Positions 1 through 7,350 of a stretch of DNA of 27,803 nucleotides are shown piece after piece; position 1 is the stretch's first letter, and each line of letters opens with the position of its first letter. The notes beneath the pieces were generated by a model. The model ran no database searches, was not told the origin of the DNA, and worked only from the letters and a program-made list of their open reading frames with translations. Source of the DNA: a virus (Duplodnaviria > Caudoviricetes); the IMG/VR virus record IMGVR_UViG_3300025635_000130, positions 1 through 27,803 of that record; one strand, written 5' to 3'. A program made the position numbers and the translations under genes.

Positions 1-369
1 CGGCGGTGGGGCGGTGTCCTAGAGCATCCGGCGAAAACGCGAGCATGGGCGGCTCACGCCCTCACCAAGCCGTCTGCTGTAGGCTGGCAGCGTAACGACG
101 ATGGGGGGTGGGTGTGCGAAGTCTGGCAGTCCGCCTACGGGCACCGGGCGAACAAGGCGACATGGCTCTATGCGTTCGGCGTCGAATCGCCACCGGAGCT
201 TAATTGGTCACGCTTGCGCGGGACGCATCAAATCGGCTTCTATGACCAGCGGGGAAAGGATCGGAACAAGCGCACTCTCTCTCGGAAAGAAGCAGCGGCC
301 ACGCCCGAACCGTTTCGCGATCTGCTCATTTCCATCGCACGCACGGCGAGAAGGGCGGAAGCGGTATGA
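1..369 (+). CDS. C-terminal part of a divergent phage DNA (cytosine-5)-methyltransferase-like protein (5' truncated by window)
   Basis: Frame 1 is open from base 1: RRWGGVLEHPAKTRAW...VWQSAYGHRANKATWLY...TPEPFRDLLISIAR. EHP resembles motif VI (ENV/ENP) and QxxYGHxxxKxT resembles motif VIII of compact phage C5 MTases; the catalytic PC motif would lie upstream of the window. Confidence 0.6.
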   Translation, partial: RRWGGVLEHPAKTRAWAAHALTKPSAVGWQRNDDGGWVCEVWQSAYGHRANKATWLYAFGVESPPELNWSRLRGTHQIGFYDQRGKDRNKRTLSRKEAAATPEPFRDLLISIARTARRAEAV

Positions 370-560
370 TCGGGACTCAAGTATATAATTCCCTTTCAAT
401 GACCTCCCCCCCTGTCCGCAAATCAAAGCGCCAGTGCGCCAAGTGCGAGGGTGATCTGCACCACTCGAACAAGATCGGTTACTGCCGCCGCAGACTGGCA
501 CACCTGCCTCCTGAAAGAGTGCGGCGCTATTGGGAGAATGTGGAGACGCTGCGTGGTTGA
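366..560 (+). CDS. Small hypothetical protein, possible Zn-binding (CAKC...C...H)
   Basis: ATGA overlap with the upstream stop; overlaps the next gene's start; alternative start ATG 399. Confidence 0.6.
   Translation: MIGTQVYNSLSMTSPPVRKSKRQCAKCEGDLHHSNKIGYCRRRLAHLPPERVRRYWENVETLRG
399..443 (+). repeat. Direct repeat R1 copy 1 (45 bp, 43/45 identical to 2079-2123)
   Basis: atgacctccccccctgtccgcaaatcaaagcgccagtgcgccaag; last 35 bp exact. Confidence 0.95.
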
Positions 561-1290
561 TCCCGTCATCATAGGCAACGCTACGCTGTATCTGGGGGAC
601 TGTCTGGATGTGATGCAGACGCTAGAGCCGGTCGACCATATCATAGGCGACCCGCCGTATGAAGCCAGCTTGCACGCCGCGAAGTCGCATATGTCCAATC
701 TGCGCAAGGATGGCGGACCAGAGTTACAGGAAATAGACTTCGACGCTATTGACCCAATCCGAGAGGATTTTGTCAACCTCGCCGCACCTCTCTGTGATGG
801 GTGGTTTATTGCCTTCTGCACAGTTGAAGGCGCGCGTCCGTGGGCTGACTGTATCAACGCCAGCTCCATGAAATATAAACGGGCGTGCGTTTGGATTAAA
901 CCGGATTCAACGCCCCAGCTTAATGGACAAGGTCCAGCACAAGGCGCGGAGATATTTGTGGTCGCTTGGGCTGGCTCCGGCCATGCTCGCTGGAATGCTG
1001 GTGGCAAGCGCGGTGTTTACAAGCACCTTGTTAACAATCCAGAGCGCTCTGGCCTTCATCCTACTGAAAAGCCTCGGCGTCTCATGTCAGAGATCCTCAG
1101 CGACTTTACCAATCCCGGCCAAACCATCCTAGACCCCTTCATGGGCAGCGGAACAACCGGCGTTGCAGCCGTTCAGATGGGCCGCAAGTTCATCGGGATC
1201 GAAAGGGAAGAGCGTTACTTTGAGATTGCTTGCCGCAGGATCGAACAAGCCCAGCGTCAAGGCGACCTGTTCATCGGAGACGCAGCATGA
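553..1290 (+). CDS. DNA N6-adenine/N4-cytosine methyltransferase, beta class (MTase 1)
   Basis: LYLGDC, DPPY (motif IV), HPTEKP, ILDPFMGSGTTG (motif I), GIE; start moved from 451 to GTG 553 because of SD GGAGA at 542-546 and overlap with the upstream stop. Confidence 0.93.
   Translation: MVDPVIIGNATLYLGDCLDVMQTLEPVDHIIGDPPYEASLHAAKSHMSNLRKDGGPELQEIDFDAIDPIREDFVNLAAPLCDGWFIAFCTVEGARPWADCINASSMKYKRACVWIKPDSTPQLNGQGPAQGAEIFVVAWAGSGHARWNAGGKRGVYKHLVNNPERSGLHPTEKPRRLMSEILSDFTNPGQTILDPFMGSGTTGVAAVQMGRKFIGIEREERYFEIACRRIEQAQRQGDLFIGDAA
1119..1221 (+). repeat. Direct repeat R2 copy 1 (103 bp, identical to 1911-2013)
   Basis: Base-by-base comparison from ccaaaccatcctagacccc to gagcgttacttt; encodes QTILDPFMGSGTTGVAAVQMGRKFIGIEREERYF. 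Confidence 0.97.
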
Positions 1291-1397
1291 TCCTTCCCAC
1301 CACGACCGACTACCGCAACCGCGCAGACGGCACCCGTTGGAACGAGGCTCCGAAGCCTGGGTATAATCCGCTGGGGAAGGCCCGCGATGCAAATTGA
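1287..1397 (+). CDS. 36-aa hypothetical protein between the two MTases
   Basis: ATGA overlap with MTase 1 stop, SD-like GGAGA upstream, stop overlaps MTase 2 start; MILPTTTDYRNRADGTRWNEAPKPGYNPLGKARDAN. Confidence 0.5.
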   Translation: MILPTTTDYRNRADGTRWNEAPKPGYNPLGKARDAN

Positions 1398-2082
1398 TCT
1401 TACCCCTATCCAAGCCGTTGCCCAGCGCGTCGAGGTGATAGGCCGCGCCGTGCTGGTGCAGGCTGATTGCCGGGACGTGCTGCCGGTGTTGCCGAAGGTG
1501 GACGCCTGCGTCACGGATCCGCCGTATGGGATTGGCATTGACGGGCAGAAGGGCAGCGACCGCAAAGACGGAACACAGATGCGCAAGCATCACGAGAGCC
1601 TCGGTTGGGACAAGGAAACTCCACCAGCCGCACTGCTACGTGACGTAATCGCTGCGGGGACGTGGGCAATCGTATGGGGCGGAAACTATTTCATGGAGGC
1701 ATTGCCGCCGCAGAAGGCGTGGCTGGTATGGGACAAAGAACAAACCGGTCTCACGATGTCGGATGGCGAGCTGGCTTGGTCTAACCTGCCTACGGTGCTT
1801 CGCATAAAGAAAATGCACCGGACGCACCTCTGGCAAGACCAGCCTGAACACCCAACGCAAAAGCCAGTTAAGCTAATGCGGTGGTGCATTGGCTGCTTGC
1901 CAGAGCCTAACCAAACCATCCTAGACCCCTTCATGGGCAGCGGAACAACCGGCGTTGCAGCCGTTCAGATGGGCCGCAAGTTCATCGGGATCGAAAGGGA
2001 AGAGCGTTACTTTCAAATTGCGTGCCGTCGCATTGAGGACGCCCAGAGGCAGGGTGATTTTTTCGTGGAGTCGGCAGCATGA
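1387..2082 (+). CDS. DNA N6-adenine/N4-cytosine methyltransferase, beta class (MTase 2)
   Basis: TDPPYGI, IVWGGNYF, WLVWDK, ELAWSN, HPTQKP, ILDPFMGSGTTG. Confidence 0.95.
   Translation: MQIDLTPIQAVAQRVEVIGRAVLVQADCRDVLPVLPKVDACVTDPPYGIGIDGQKGSDRKDGTQMRKHHESLGWDKETPPAALLRDVIAAGTWAIVWGGNYFMEALPPQKAWLVWDKEQTGLTMSDGELAWSNLPTVLRIKKMHRTHLWQDQPEHPTQKPVKLMRWCIGCLPEPNQTILDPFMGSGTTGVAAVQMGRKFIGIEREERYFQIACRRIEDAQRQGDFFVESAA
1911..2013 (+). repeat. Direct repeat R2 copy 2 (103 bp)
   Basis: Identical to 1119-1221, offset 792 bp. Confidence 0.97.
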
Positions 2083-2123
2083 CCTTCTCCCCTGTCCGCA
2101 AATCAAAGCGCCAGTGCGCCAAG
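2079..2123 (+). repeat. Direct repeat R1 copy 2 (45 bp)
   Basis: atgaccttctcccctgtccgcaaatcaaagcgccagtgcgccaag, offset 1680 bp from 399-443. Confidence 0.95.
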
Positions 2124-2225
2124 CGAAAGCCAGAATTCATGGCTGACTATAATCGCACATTCAGCAACTGCTGGTCTATCCGCTCTCTTGACGTAGCGCT
2201 CAAGGCCAAGGGAGTTGTGAGGTGA
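2079..2225 (+). CDS. 48-aa hypothetical protein sharing its first 15 codons with ORF 399-560
   Basis: ATGA overlap upstream and GTGA overlap downstream; MTFSPVRKSKRQCAKRKPEFMADYNRTFSNCWSIRSLDVALKAKGVVR. Confidence 0.5.
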   Translation: MTFSPVRKSKRQCAKRKPEFMADYNRTFSNCWSIRSLDVALKAKGVVR

Positions 2226-2572
2226 AGCCCGGCATACAGGCTCTCGGACGCCTCAAGACAGGCGTGATGAACAAGACGGAAGCCTTGTACGAGGCAACCG
2301 TTCTTAAGCCCGCACTTATGGCTGGTGAGGTCGCATGGTACAAGTTCGAGGGTATTAAGCTCCGGCTTGCCGACAACACTTTTTACACGCCTGATTTTGC
2401 CGTCATGATGATGGATGGGCAGATGCAGTGCCGGGAGATTAAAGGCTTCTGGACCGACGACGCTCGGGTGAAGATCAAGGTCGCCGCAGACATTTATCCC
2501 TTCGAGTTTATCGCTATTCGCGCCCTGCCGAAAAAGAGCGGCGGTGGCTGGGCTGAGGAGATGTTTTCATGA
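2222..2572 (+). CDS. DUF1064-like PD-(D/E)XK nuclease (putative resolvase/endonuclease)
   Basis: MNKTE..Y, FEGIKLRLA, YTPDF...EIKG motif. Confidence 0.8.
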   Translation: MKPGIQALGRLKTGVMNKTEALYEATVLKPALMAGEVAWYKFEGIKLRLADNTFYTPDFAVMMMDGQMQCREIKGFWTDDARVKIKVAADIYPFEFIAIRALPKKSGGGWAEEMFS

Positions 2573-2757
2573 GCGCCCACCCCATAGGCGAGATCGCCCA
2601 AGAAATTGTGGATAAAATCGCAGAAATTAGCGGGTTTTCAGGCGTTAACCAGTTTACCATGACGTCAGATTCTGCTATGGAAAAAGGCGGGCCGGAGGAG
2701 TGTGTCAACACTCAACCAGCCCTGACTTGCAACGCTAATCAGGAGCGTCGAAGCTAA
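2569..2757 (+). CDS. Hypothetical protein (62 aa); 3' half overlaps a promoter and hairpin
   Basis: ATGA overlap, SD GAGGAG; no recognised motif. Confidence 0.4.
   Translation: MSAHPIGEIAQEIVDKIAEISGFSGVNQFTMTSDSAMEKGGPEECVNTQPALTCNANQERRS
2653..2748 (+). promoter_or_regulatory. Candidate promoter and structured leader of the replication operon
   Basis: TTTACC(2653)-17-TATGGA(2676) with TGn extension; hairpin GGGCCGG..GAGTGT-gtca-ACACTC..CCAGCCC (2689-2722); ACGCT/AGCGT hairpin (2732-2748) overlapping SD AGGAG. Confidence 0.45.
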
Positions 2758-2822
2758 TGATTCTCTCTAACGCCACAGGTGTATTTTATCAACCTGTTTC
2801 CGCCGTGCGAGGTGCCGCATGA
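2757..2822 (+). CDS. 21-aa leader ORF coupled to the initiator gene
   Basis: TAATG overlap upstream, ATGA overlap downstream; MILSNATGVFYQPVSAVRGAA. Confidence 0.35.
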   Translation: MILSNATGVFYQPVSAVRGAA

Positions 2823-3316
2823 GCAAAGGAAAGTCTGCGGACATATGGATGCCGGTCTACATCAAGGACCGTCGCGCTCATGTCAGCACAATGTCTCACA
2901 TAGAGCATAGTGCATATGATTATCTCATGATGCTGCTGTGGGAACGTGGCGGCATGATCCAAGATGACGATAGGGCGCTGGCTAAGGCTACCCGCGTCAC
3001 GCCGCGTCAATGGAAGCAAATCCGCCCGACACTCTTGGCTGATTGCGCTATCTCTGGTGGCTTGATCCATCACCAGTGGACCATTGATGAGGTCGCCAAG
3101 GCGAAGGCGAACATCGAGCAAAAAAGACAGGCGGGCATCGCCTCTGCGGCAACTCGAAAGGGCAACGCACGTTCAACGGACGTTGCAACGCACGTGCAAC
3201 CCCGCGCGGGTGGTGGTGAAGGTGTCCTAGCCAAGAGAGGAACTTCTGTAGGGATAGGTGATGGGGGGCAAGACGAACGAAACCCGTTTGACGTGATCCG
3301 GGGAGGCCGCCCATGA
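2819..3316 (+). CDS. YdaU/DUF1376 family phage replication initiator-like protein
   Basis: WMPVYIKD...MSHIEHSAY..LMMLLW...DDRALAKATR...W N-terminal pattern; KRQAGIASA helix; internal iterons; precedes helicase and primase. Confidence 0.8.
   Translation: MSKGKSADIWMPVYIKDRRAHVSTMSHIEHSAYDYLMMLLWERGGMIQDDDRALAKATRVTPRQWKQIRPTLLADCAISGGLIHHQWTIDEVAKAKANIEQKRQAGIASAATRKGNARSTDVATHVQPRAGGGEGVLAKRGTSVGIGDGGQDERNPFDVIRGGRP
3163..3200. repeat. Tandem 11-12 bp iteron-like repeats, candidate replication origin
   Basis: CAACGCACGTT / CAACGGACGTTG / CAACGCACGTG / CAAC inside the initiator gene. Confidence 0.65.
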
Positions 3317-4764
3317 TATCGTTATGGGGGCATCAGGCCCAATCGGTAGAACTGCTACGTCGCTCACTCTCGGCAGGGAAAAAGCGACCGATGCTCAAAG
3401 TGCCGACAGGTGGTGGCAAGACCCGCACTGCCGGAGCCATCATCGAGCGGATGCGTGAACGTGGCAAGCGGGCGCTGTTCATCGTGGACGCCATCTCGCT
3501 GATCGACCAGACCGTCGAAGCGTTTTATGAACTCGGCCTGCGTGAGATCGGAGTTATTCAGGCGGACCATCCCATGACGGACTGGAGCCGCCCGATACAG
3601 GTGGCTTCGGTGCAGACGTTGCAGCGCCGGGGAATGCCGGATGCTGATCTGGCGATTATCGACGAAGCGCATGTCCGCAACCAGTGGCTTGAGCAGCAAA
3701 TCACAGCGGGGGAATGGGCATCGCGTCCCGTCATCGGCCTGTCAGCAACGCCGTGGGCGAAGGGGCTTGGCTTGGTGTACGATGACCTGATCGCTCCCAT
3801 CTCGATGCGTGATCTCATCGAACAGGGCCGGTTGCTGGACTTCCGGGTGTACGCGCCGAGCCATCCCGACTTGGCAGGCGTCGCCACAACCGGCGGGGAC
3901 TACAACGGCGCACAGCTTGGCGACCGCATGGGGGATAGTGGGCTTATCGCCGACATCGTTTCGACATGGGTCAAGCTCGGGGAGAACCGCCCGTCTTTGT
4001 GCTACTGCGTGGATCGCGCCCATGCCAAAAAGGTGCAGCAGCGGTTCCTTGATGCGGGCATTCCGGCTGAGTACATCGACATGGCGACGGACAGCTACGA
4101 GCGCCGCAAAATTCAGCAAAGGCTGGAAAGCGGGCAGACCAAGATCGTTTGTAACATCGCCACCCTAACCAAGGGAATTGACTGGAAAATCGGGTGTATC
4201 ATCATCGCTCGCCCGACAAAATCCAAGATGCTCCACGTCCAGATTGCGGGACGGGTGATCCGTGCGAACAGCGGTTATCCCGATGGGCTTGTGCTGGATC
4301 ACAGCGACAACATGCTGCGCCTTGGTTTGCCAACAGACATCGGGGATGAGCCTCTGTGTCGGAAACGCAAGGGTGAGCGTAAAGACCCGGAGCAGAAAGA
4401 CCCGCTACCCAAGGAATGCCCCGCCTGCAATTTTCTGAAACCGCCCAAGACGCGGGAATGTCCGGTGTGCAAGTTCGTGCCGGAAGTGACTTCCGATCTT
4501 GAGGAAGAGGAAGGCGAGCTTATCCAGATCGGCGGCAAGAAGCGGCTTGTCACCATGCGCGACAAACAGGACTGGTACTCCGGCCTCCTGCATATCCAGC
4601 GGGAGCGAGGGTATAAGCCGGGATGGGTCGCGAATCAGTATCGGGAGCGTTTCGGAGTATGGCCTAGGGGACTTTCGGAAAACCCGGTGCAGTCGTTTCA
4701 GGTCGAGAGCTATGTGTGCTCGCGCCACATCCGCTACGTCAAAGGAAAGGCGAAGGCGGCATGA
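3313..4764 (+). CDS. SF2 DEAH-box helicase with C-terminal Zn ribbon (RadD/YejH-like phage helicase)
   Basis: PTGGGKT, IIDEAH, GLSATP, LTKGID, QIAGRVIR, CPAC..CPVC. Confidence 0.93.
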   Translation: MISLWGHQAQSVELLRRSLSAGKKRPMLKVPTGGGKTRTAGAIIERMRERGKRALFIVDAISLIDQTVEAFYELGLREIGVIQADHPMTDWSRPIQVASVQTLQRRGMPDADLAIIDEAHVRNQWLEQQITAGEWASRPVIGLSATPWAKGLGLVYDDLIAPISMRDLIEQGRLLDFRVYAPSHPDLAGVATTGGDYNGAQLGDRMGDSGLIADIVSTWVKLGENRPSLCYCVDRAHAKKVQQRFLDAGIPAEYIDMATDSYERRKIQQRLESGQTKIVCNIATLTKGIDWKIGCIIIARPTKSKMLHVQIAGRVIRANSGYPDGLVLDHSDNMLRLGLPTDIGDEPLCRKRKGERKDPEQKDPLPKECPACNFLKPPKTRECPVCKFVPEVTSDLEEEEGELIQIGGKKRLVTMRDKQDWYSGLLHIQRERGYKPGWVANQYRERFGVWPRGLSENPVQSFQVESYVCSRHIRYVKGKAKAA

Positions 4765-5663
4765 CTCCCCTATCCGAAAAATGCCGCAACCGCTGGCCTT
4801 CCATCCTGCCCCAATTGGGTATTGCGACCTCGTTCCTGACCGGACGCCATACCCCTTGCCCGATATGCGGCGGGCGTGATCGTTTCCGCTTCGACGACAA
4901 GGATGGCCGGGGAACCTACTACTGCAACCAGTGTGGCGCGGGCGATGGTGTCGAGCTGCTCAAGAAGTTTCACAAGCTGGACTTCAAGCGGGTTGCGGCG
5001 ATGGTTGAACCGCTGATCGATACGGCTCCGGTTGTCCAGAAACGCGAGATCGATGCCGATGCACGGTTGCGGGCGCTCAAGTCGATTTGGGGCCAGAGCG
5101 AGCCTATATCGCTTGAAAATGAGGCGGGCCGCTATCTGGTGTCTAGGGGTATTGAGCCACCTTTCAGCAAGGCGTTGCGGTTCGTGCCGCGCCTGAAGGT
5201 TACGGGGGAGAGCGTTCCCTTTCTCGCCGCGATGATTGCCGTTGTGCGCAACCCACAAGGCGAGCCTATCACGCTGCACCGAACCTATTTGCAAGACGGC
5301 GAGAAGGCCCAGATTGCCAGCCCTCGCCGCTTGATGCCGGGTGACTTGCCTAAAGGGAGCTACATCGCTCTTTCCGAGCCTGCGCGCATCATGGGGATAG
5401 CGGAGGGTATCGAGACGGCTATTCGCGCGAGCCGCCGGTTCAATGTTCCTTGCTGGGCGCTCATCAGTGCGGACAATATGAGGGGCTTTGTCCCGCCGCC
5501 GGAGTGTGTCGGGCTTCGGATATTCGGAGACAATGACACGAAATTCGGGGGGCAGGCTGCCGCATATGATCTCGCCCATCGCATCGCAACGCGACCTAAC
5601 CCGATCGACGTGCGGGTGGAGATACCGGACCACATCGGCACGGATTGGGCTGATGCAGCATGA
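4761..5663 (+). CDS. DNA primase, P4 alpha-type Zn ribbon plus TOPRIM, no helicase domain
   Basis: HTPCPICGGRDRFRFDD...YYCNQCGAGDG; IAEGIETA; IFGDND; GTDWAD; start at ATG 4761 (ATGA overlap). Confidence 0.92.
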   Translation: MTPLSEKCRNRWPSILPQLGIATSFLTGRHTPCPICGGRDRFRFDDKDGRGTYYCNQCGAGDGVELLKKFHKLDFKRVAAMVEPLIDTAPVVQKREIDADARLRALKSIWGQSEPISLENEAGRYLVSRGIEPPFSKALRFVPRLKVTGESVPFLAAMIAVVRNPQGEPITLHRTYLQDGEKAQIASPRRLMPGDLPKGSYIALSEPARIMGIAEGIETAIRASRRFNVPCWALISADNMRGFVPPPECVGLRIFGDNDTKFGGQAAAYDLAHRIATRPNPIDVRVEIPDHIGTDWADAA

Positions 5664-5877
5664 CTGGATCGAAACCAAAGGCCGGGCGCCACAGAGGAAG
5701 GTTGAGTTCCCGCTCACAGACTACATCGTCGCCCTCATGCGCCACCCCGATCTTGGCAATGCCTGCCCCACGAAAGCAGCACAGCACTACGGCCTGCGAG
5801 AGGACATCACCCGCTATTATCTCGAACAGGAAAAGCACAGGCAGCAATCGCTTGGCATTCCACACAAACCAGCATGA
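5653..5877 (+). CDS. Hypothetical protein (74 aa)
   Basis: MQHDWIETKGRAP...; high GC at third codon positions, preferred over the 5660-5893 frame. Confidence 0.6.
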   Translation: MQHDWIETKGRAPQRKVEFPLTDYIVALMRHPDLGNACPTKAAQHYGLREDITRYYLEQEKHRQQSLGIPHKPA

Positions 5878-5889
5878 AGGAGCGCGGAG

Positions 5890-6159
5890 ATGAGCGGCCC
5901 GCCAGCAGAGCGAAAGATTATGGTATGGCAGCGTGACAAGTGGCGCTGTCGCTATTGCGGTGAAAAACTGAAGAGCAAGGCGCAGGCGACGGTCGATCAT
6001 GTCATTCCCCGTTCTAAAGGTGGAAGCAACAGGATGGCCAATCTCGTAACCGCTTGCGTCCCCTGTAATCAGGCAAAAGCTGACAAGATGCCGGGCGATA
6101 TTCCGGCCACTAGCCCATTGGCGGAAACCTTAACAAAGTTGGGAGTAATCTCCGCATGA
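5890..6159 (+). CDS. HNH endonuclease
   Basis: RDKWRCRYCG...TVDHVIPRSKGGSN...NLVTACVPCNQAK; SD AAGGAG. Confidence 0.92.
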   Translation: MSGPPAERKIMVWQRDKWRCRYCGEKLKSKAQATVDHVIPRSKGGSNRMANLVTACVPCNQAKADKMPGDIPATSPLAETLTKLGVISA

Positions 6160-6461
6160 CCGACTTCACACCATGCCCAAAAACGATACGCCTGTGCTTA
6201 GAGGCGTTATCGAAGACTGCACGCATCATCGACCCGACGATGAAGGCTGGAATGCAGAAATGGACCGACGGATGGGATGCGGCGATCGAGGAAAACCGAG
6301 CCGCCCTAGAGGCTCTCCTGCCAGATGAAGCGGAGGAGCTGGCTAGGGAGTTTTGGGAAACATATCCGAAAGCGAAAGGATGGATCACTCCCAATAGAGA
6401 TGAAACCGCGCGTTGGGTTATCGACTGGATCACCCAAAACTACACGCTGGAGAAGAAGTGA
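6156..6461 (+). CDS. Hypothetical protein (101 aa)
   Basis: ATGA overlap, SD GGGAG; no recognised motif. Confidence 0.65.
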   Translation: MTDFTPCPKTIRLCLEALSKTARIIDPTMKAGMQKWTDGWDAAIEENRAALEALLPDEAEELAREFWETYPKAKGWITPNRDETARWVIDWITQNYTLEKK

Positions 6462-6765
6462 TGGACGAAACACCCTCTATTTCACTGCCAGAGACGCGCA
6501 CAGAGGCAAAGCGGCATCATACCTTTACCAGACTGCCTTTTTCATCTAATTGCGCTGTACGGGCTTCTGAGAGGAAAATAGGGCCATGACACACACAGCA
6601 GAGCAGGAGAGAGGGGACATCTTGGCCAGTATAACGACACACCCCGGAACGATAGCGATAAGCGGGACAGGCGAAAGTTATATTGAGGCAAGTGAGCGAG
6701 CTACAGCGGCTTCCCTCGGTGAACACATCCAAGCCCAGCACAAAGGGGGTGAGAATGGGTAACAT

Positions 6766-6794
6766 TTGCAACAGGAGTCCTGACATGATAAAAC
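6766..6794 (+). promoter_or_regulatory. Candidate sigma70 promoter for the terminase genes
   Basis: TTGCAA(6766)-17-TAAAAC(6789) with TG extension at 6786. Confidence 0.45.
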
Positions 6795-6903
6795 AGGCCG
6801 ATGCGCAAAAGCTTTCGGTTCAAGGCAATGGTCGGTTCAACATGGGCGCGAATCTATTGGAAGCACCTGAAATGGCTATGGCCCGGAAAAGGGGTGAACG
6901 AGA

Positions 6904-7350
6904 ATGAGCGGCGGGCGTCCAAGTGAATTCTCGCAGGTTGTGGCCGAAAAGATTTGTGAGCGCCTTGCCAATGCGGAAAGCCTCCGCAAGATATGCCTCA
7001 GCGACGATATGCCATGCCAGACCACGGTGTTCAAATGGTTGGCTCAACAGCCAGAATTTGCAAAGCAGTACGCGCACGCGAGAGAGGCGCAGGCCGATGC
7101 GATTTTCGATGAATGCCTAGACATCGCAGACGATGGTTCGAACGATTACATGGGCGAGGATGAGAAGTACAACGGCGACGCTGTTCAACGCTCCCGGCTT
7201 CGGATCGACACGCGCAAATGGATGGCGGGCAAGCTGCGCCCGACGAAATACGGTGAGAAGATTCTCCATGGCTCCGATCCTGAAAACCCATTGCCGACTG
7301 GGTTCCAAGTCAATCTGACTAAACCACGCGATGCCGATCAAGCAGGTTGA
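6904..7350 (+). CDS. terS: Terminase small subunit (Sf6 gp1-like)
   Basis: GRPSEF...ICERLANAESLRKIC..DDMP...TVFKWL...YAHARE.QAD...LRIDTRKW; directly upstream of TerL. Confidence 0.93.
   Translation: MSGGRPSEFSQVVAEKICERLANAESLRKICLSDDMPCQTTVFKWLAQQPEFAKQYAHAREAQADAIFDECLDIADDGSNDYMGEDEKYNGDAVQRSRLRIDTRKWMAGKLRPTKYGEKILHGSDPENPLPTGFQVNLTKPRDADQAG

Noticed and set aside
384-389. Perfect TATAAT in an AT-rich patch before R1
   Set aside because: No -35 at 17 bp and no TG extension; it lies inside an ORF
451-552. N-terminal extension of MTase 1 in the ORF track
   Set aside because: Overlaps ORF 366-560 and has no MTase-like sequence; GTG 553 has an SD and the typical start
2663-2670. CGTCAGAT match, and nearby CTGACTTG similarity, to unpaired parts of the cloverleaf RNA
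   Set aside because: Matches of 8 nt or less are expected by chance in 28 kb; not accepted as a target without computation
4770-5717. 315-aa minus-strand ORF
   Set aside because: Antisense shadow of the primase in GC-rich DNA; no motifs
5660-5893. 77-aa ORF with ATGA overlaps at both ends
   Set aside because: Ser/Arg/Pro-rich off-frame composition; the 5653-5877 frame has better codon bias, though this frame cannot be fully excluded
6904-7350. pac site expected within terS
   Set aside because: Expected by analogy with P22/Sf6 but no sequence feature identifies it
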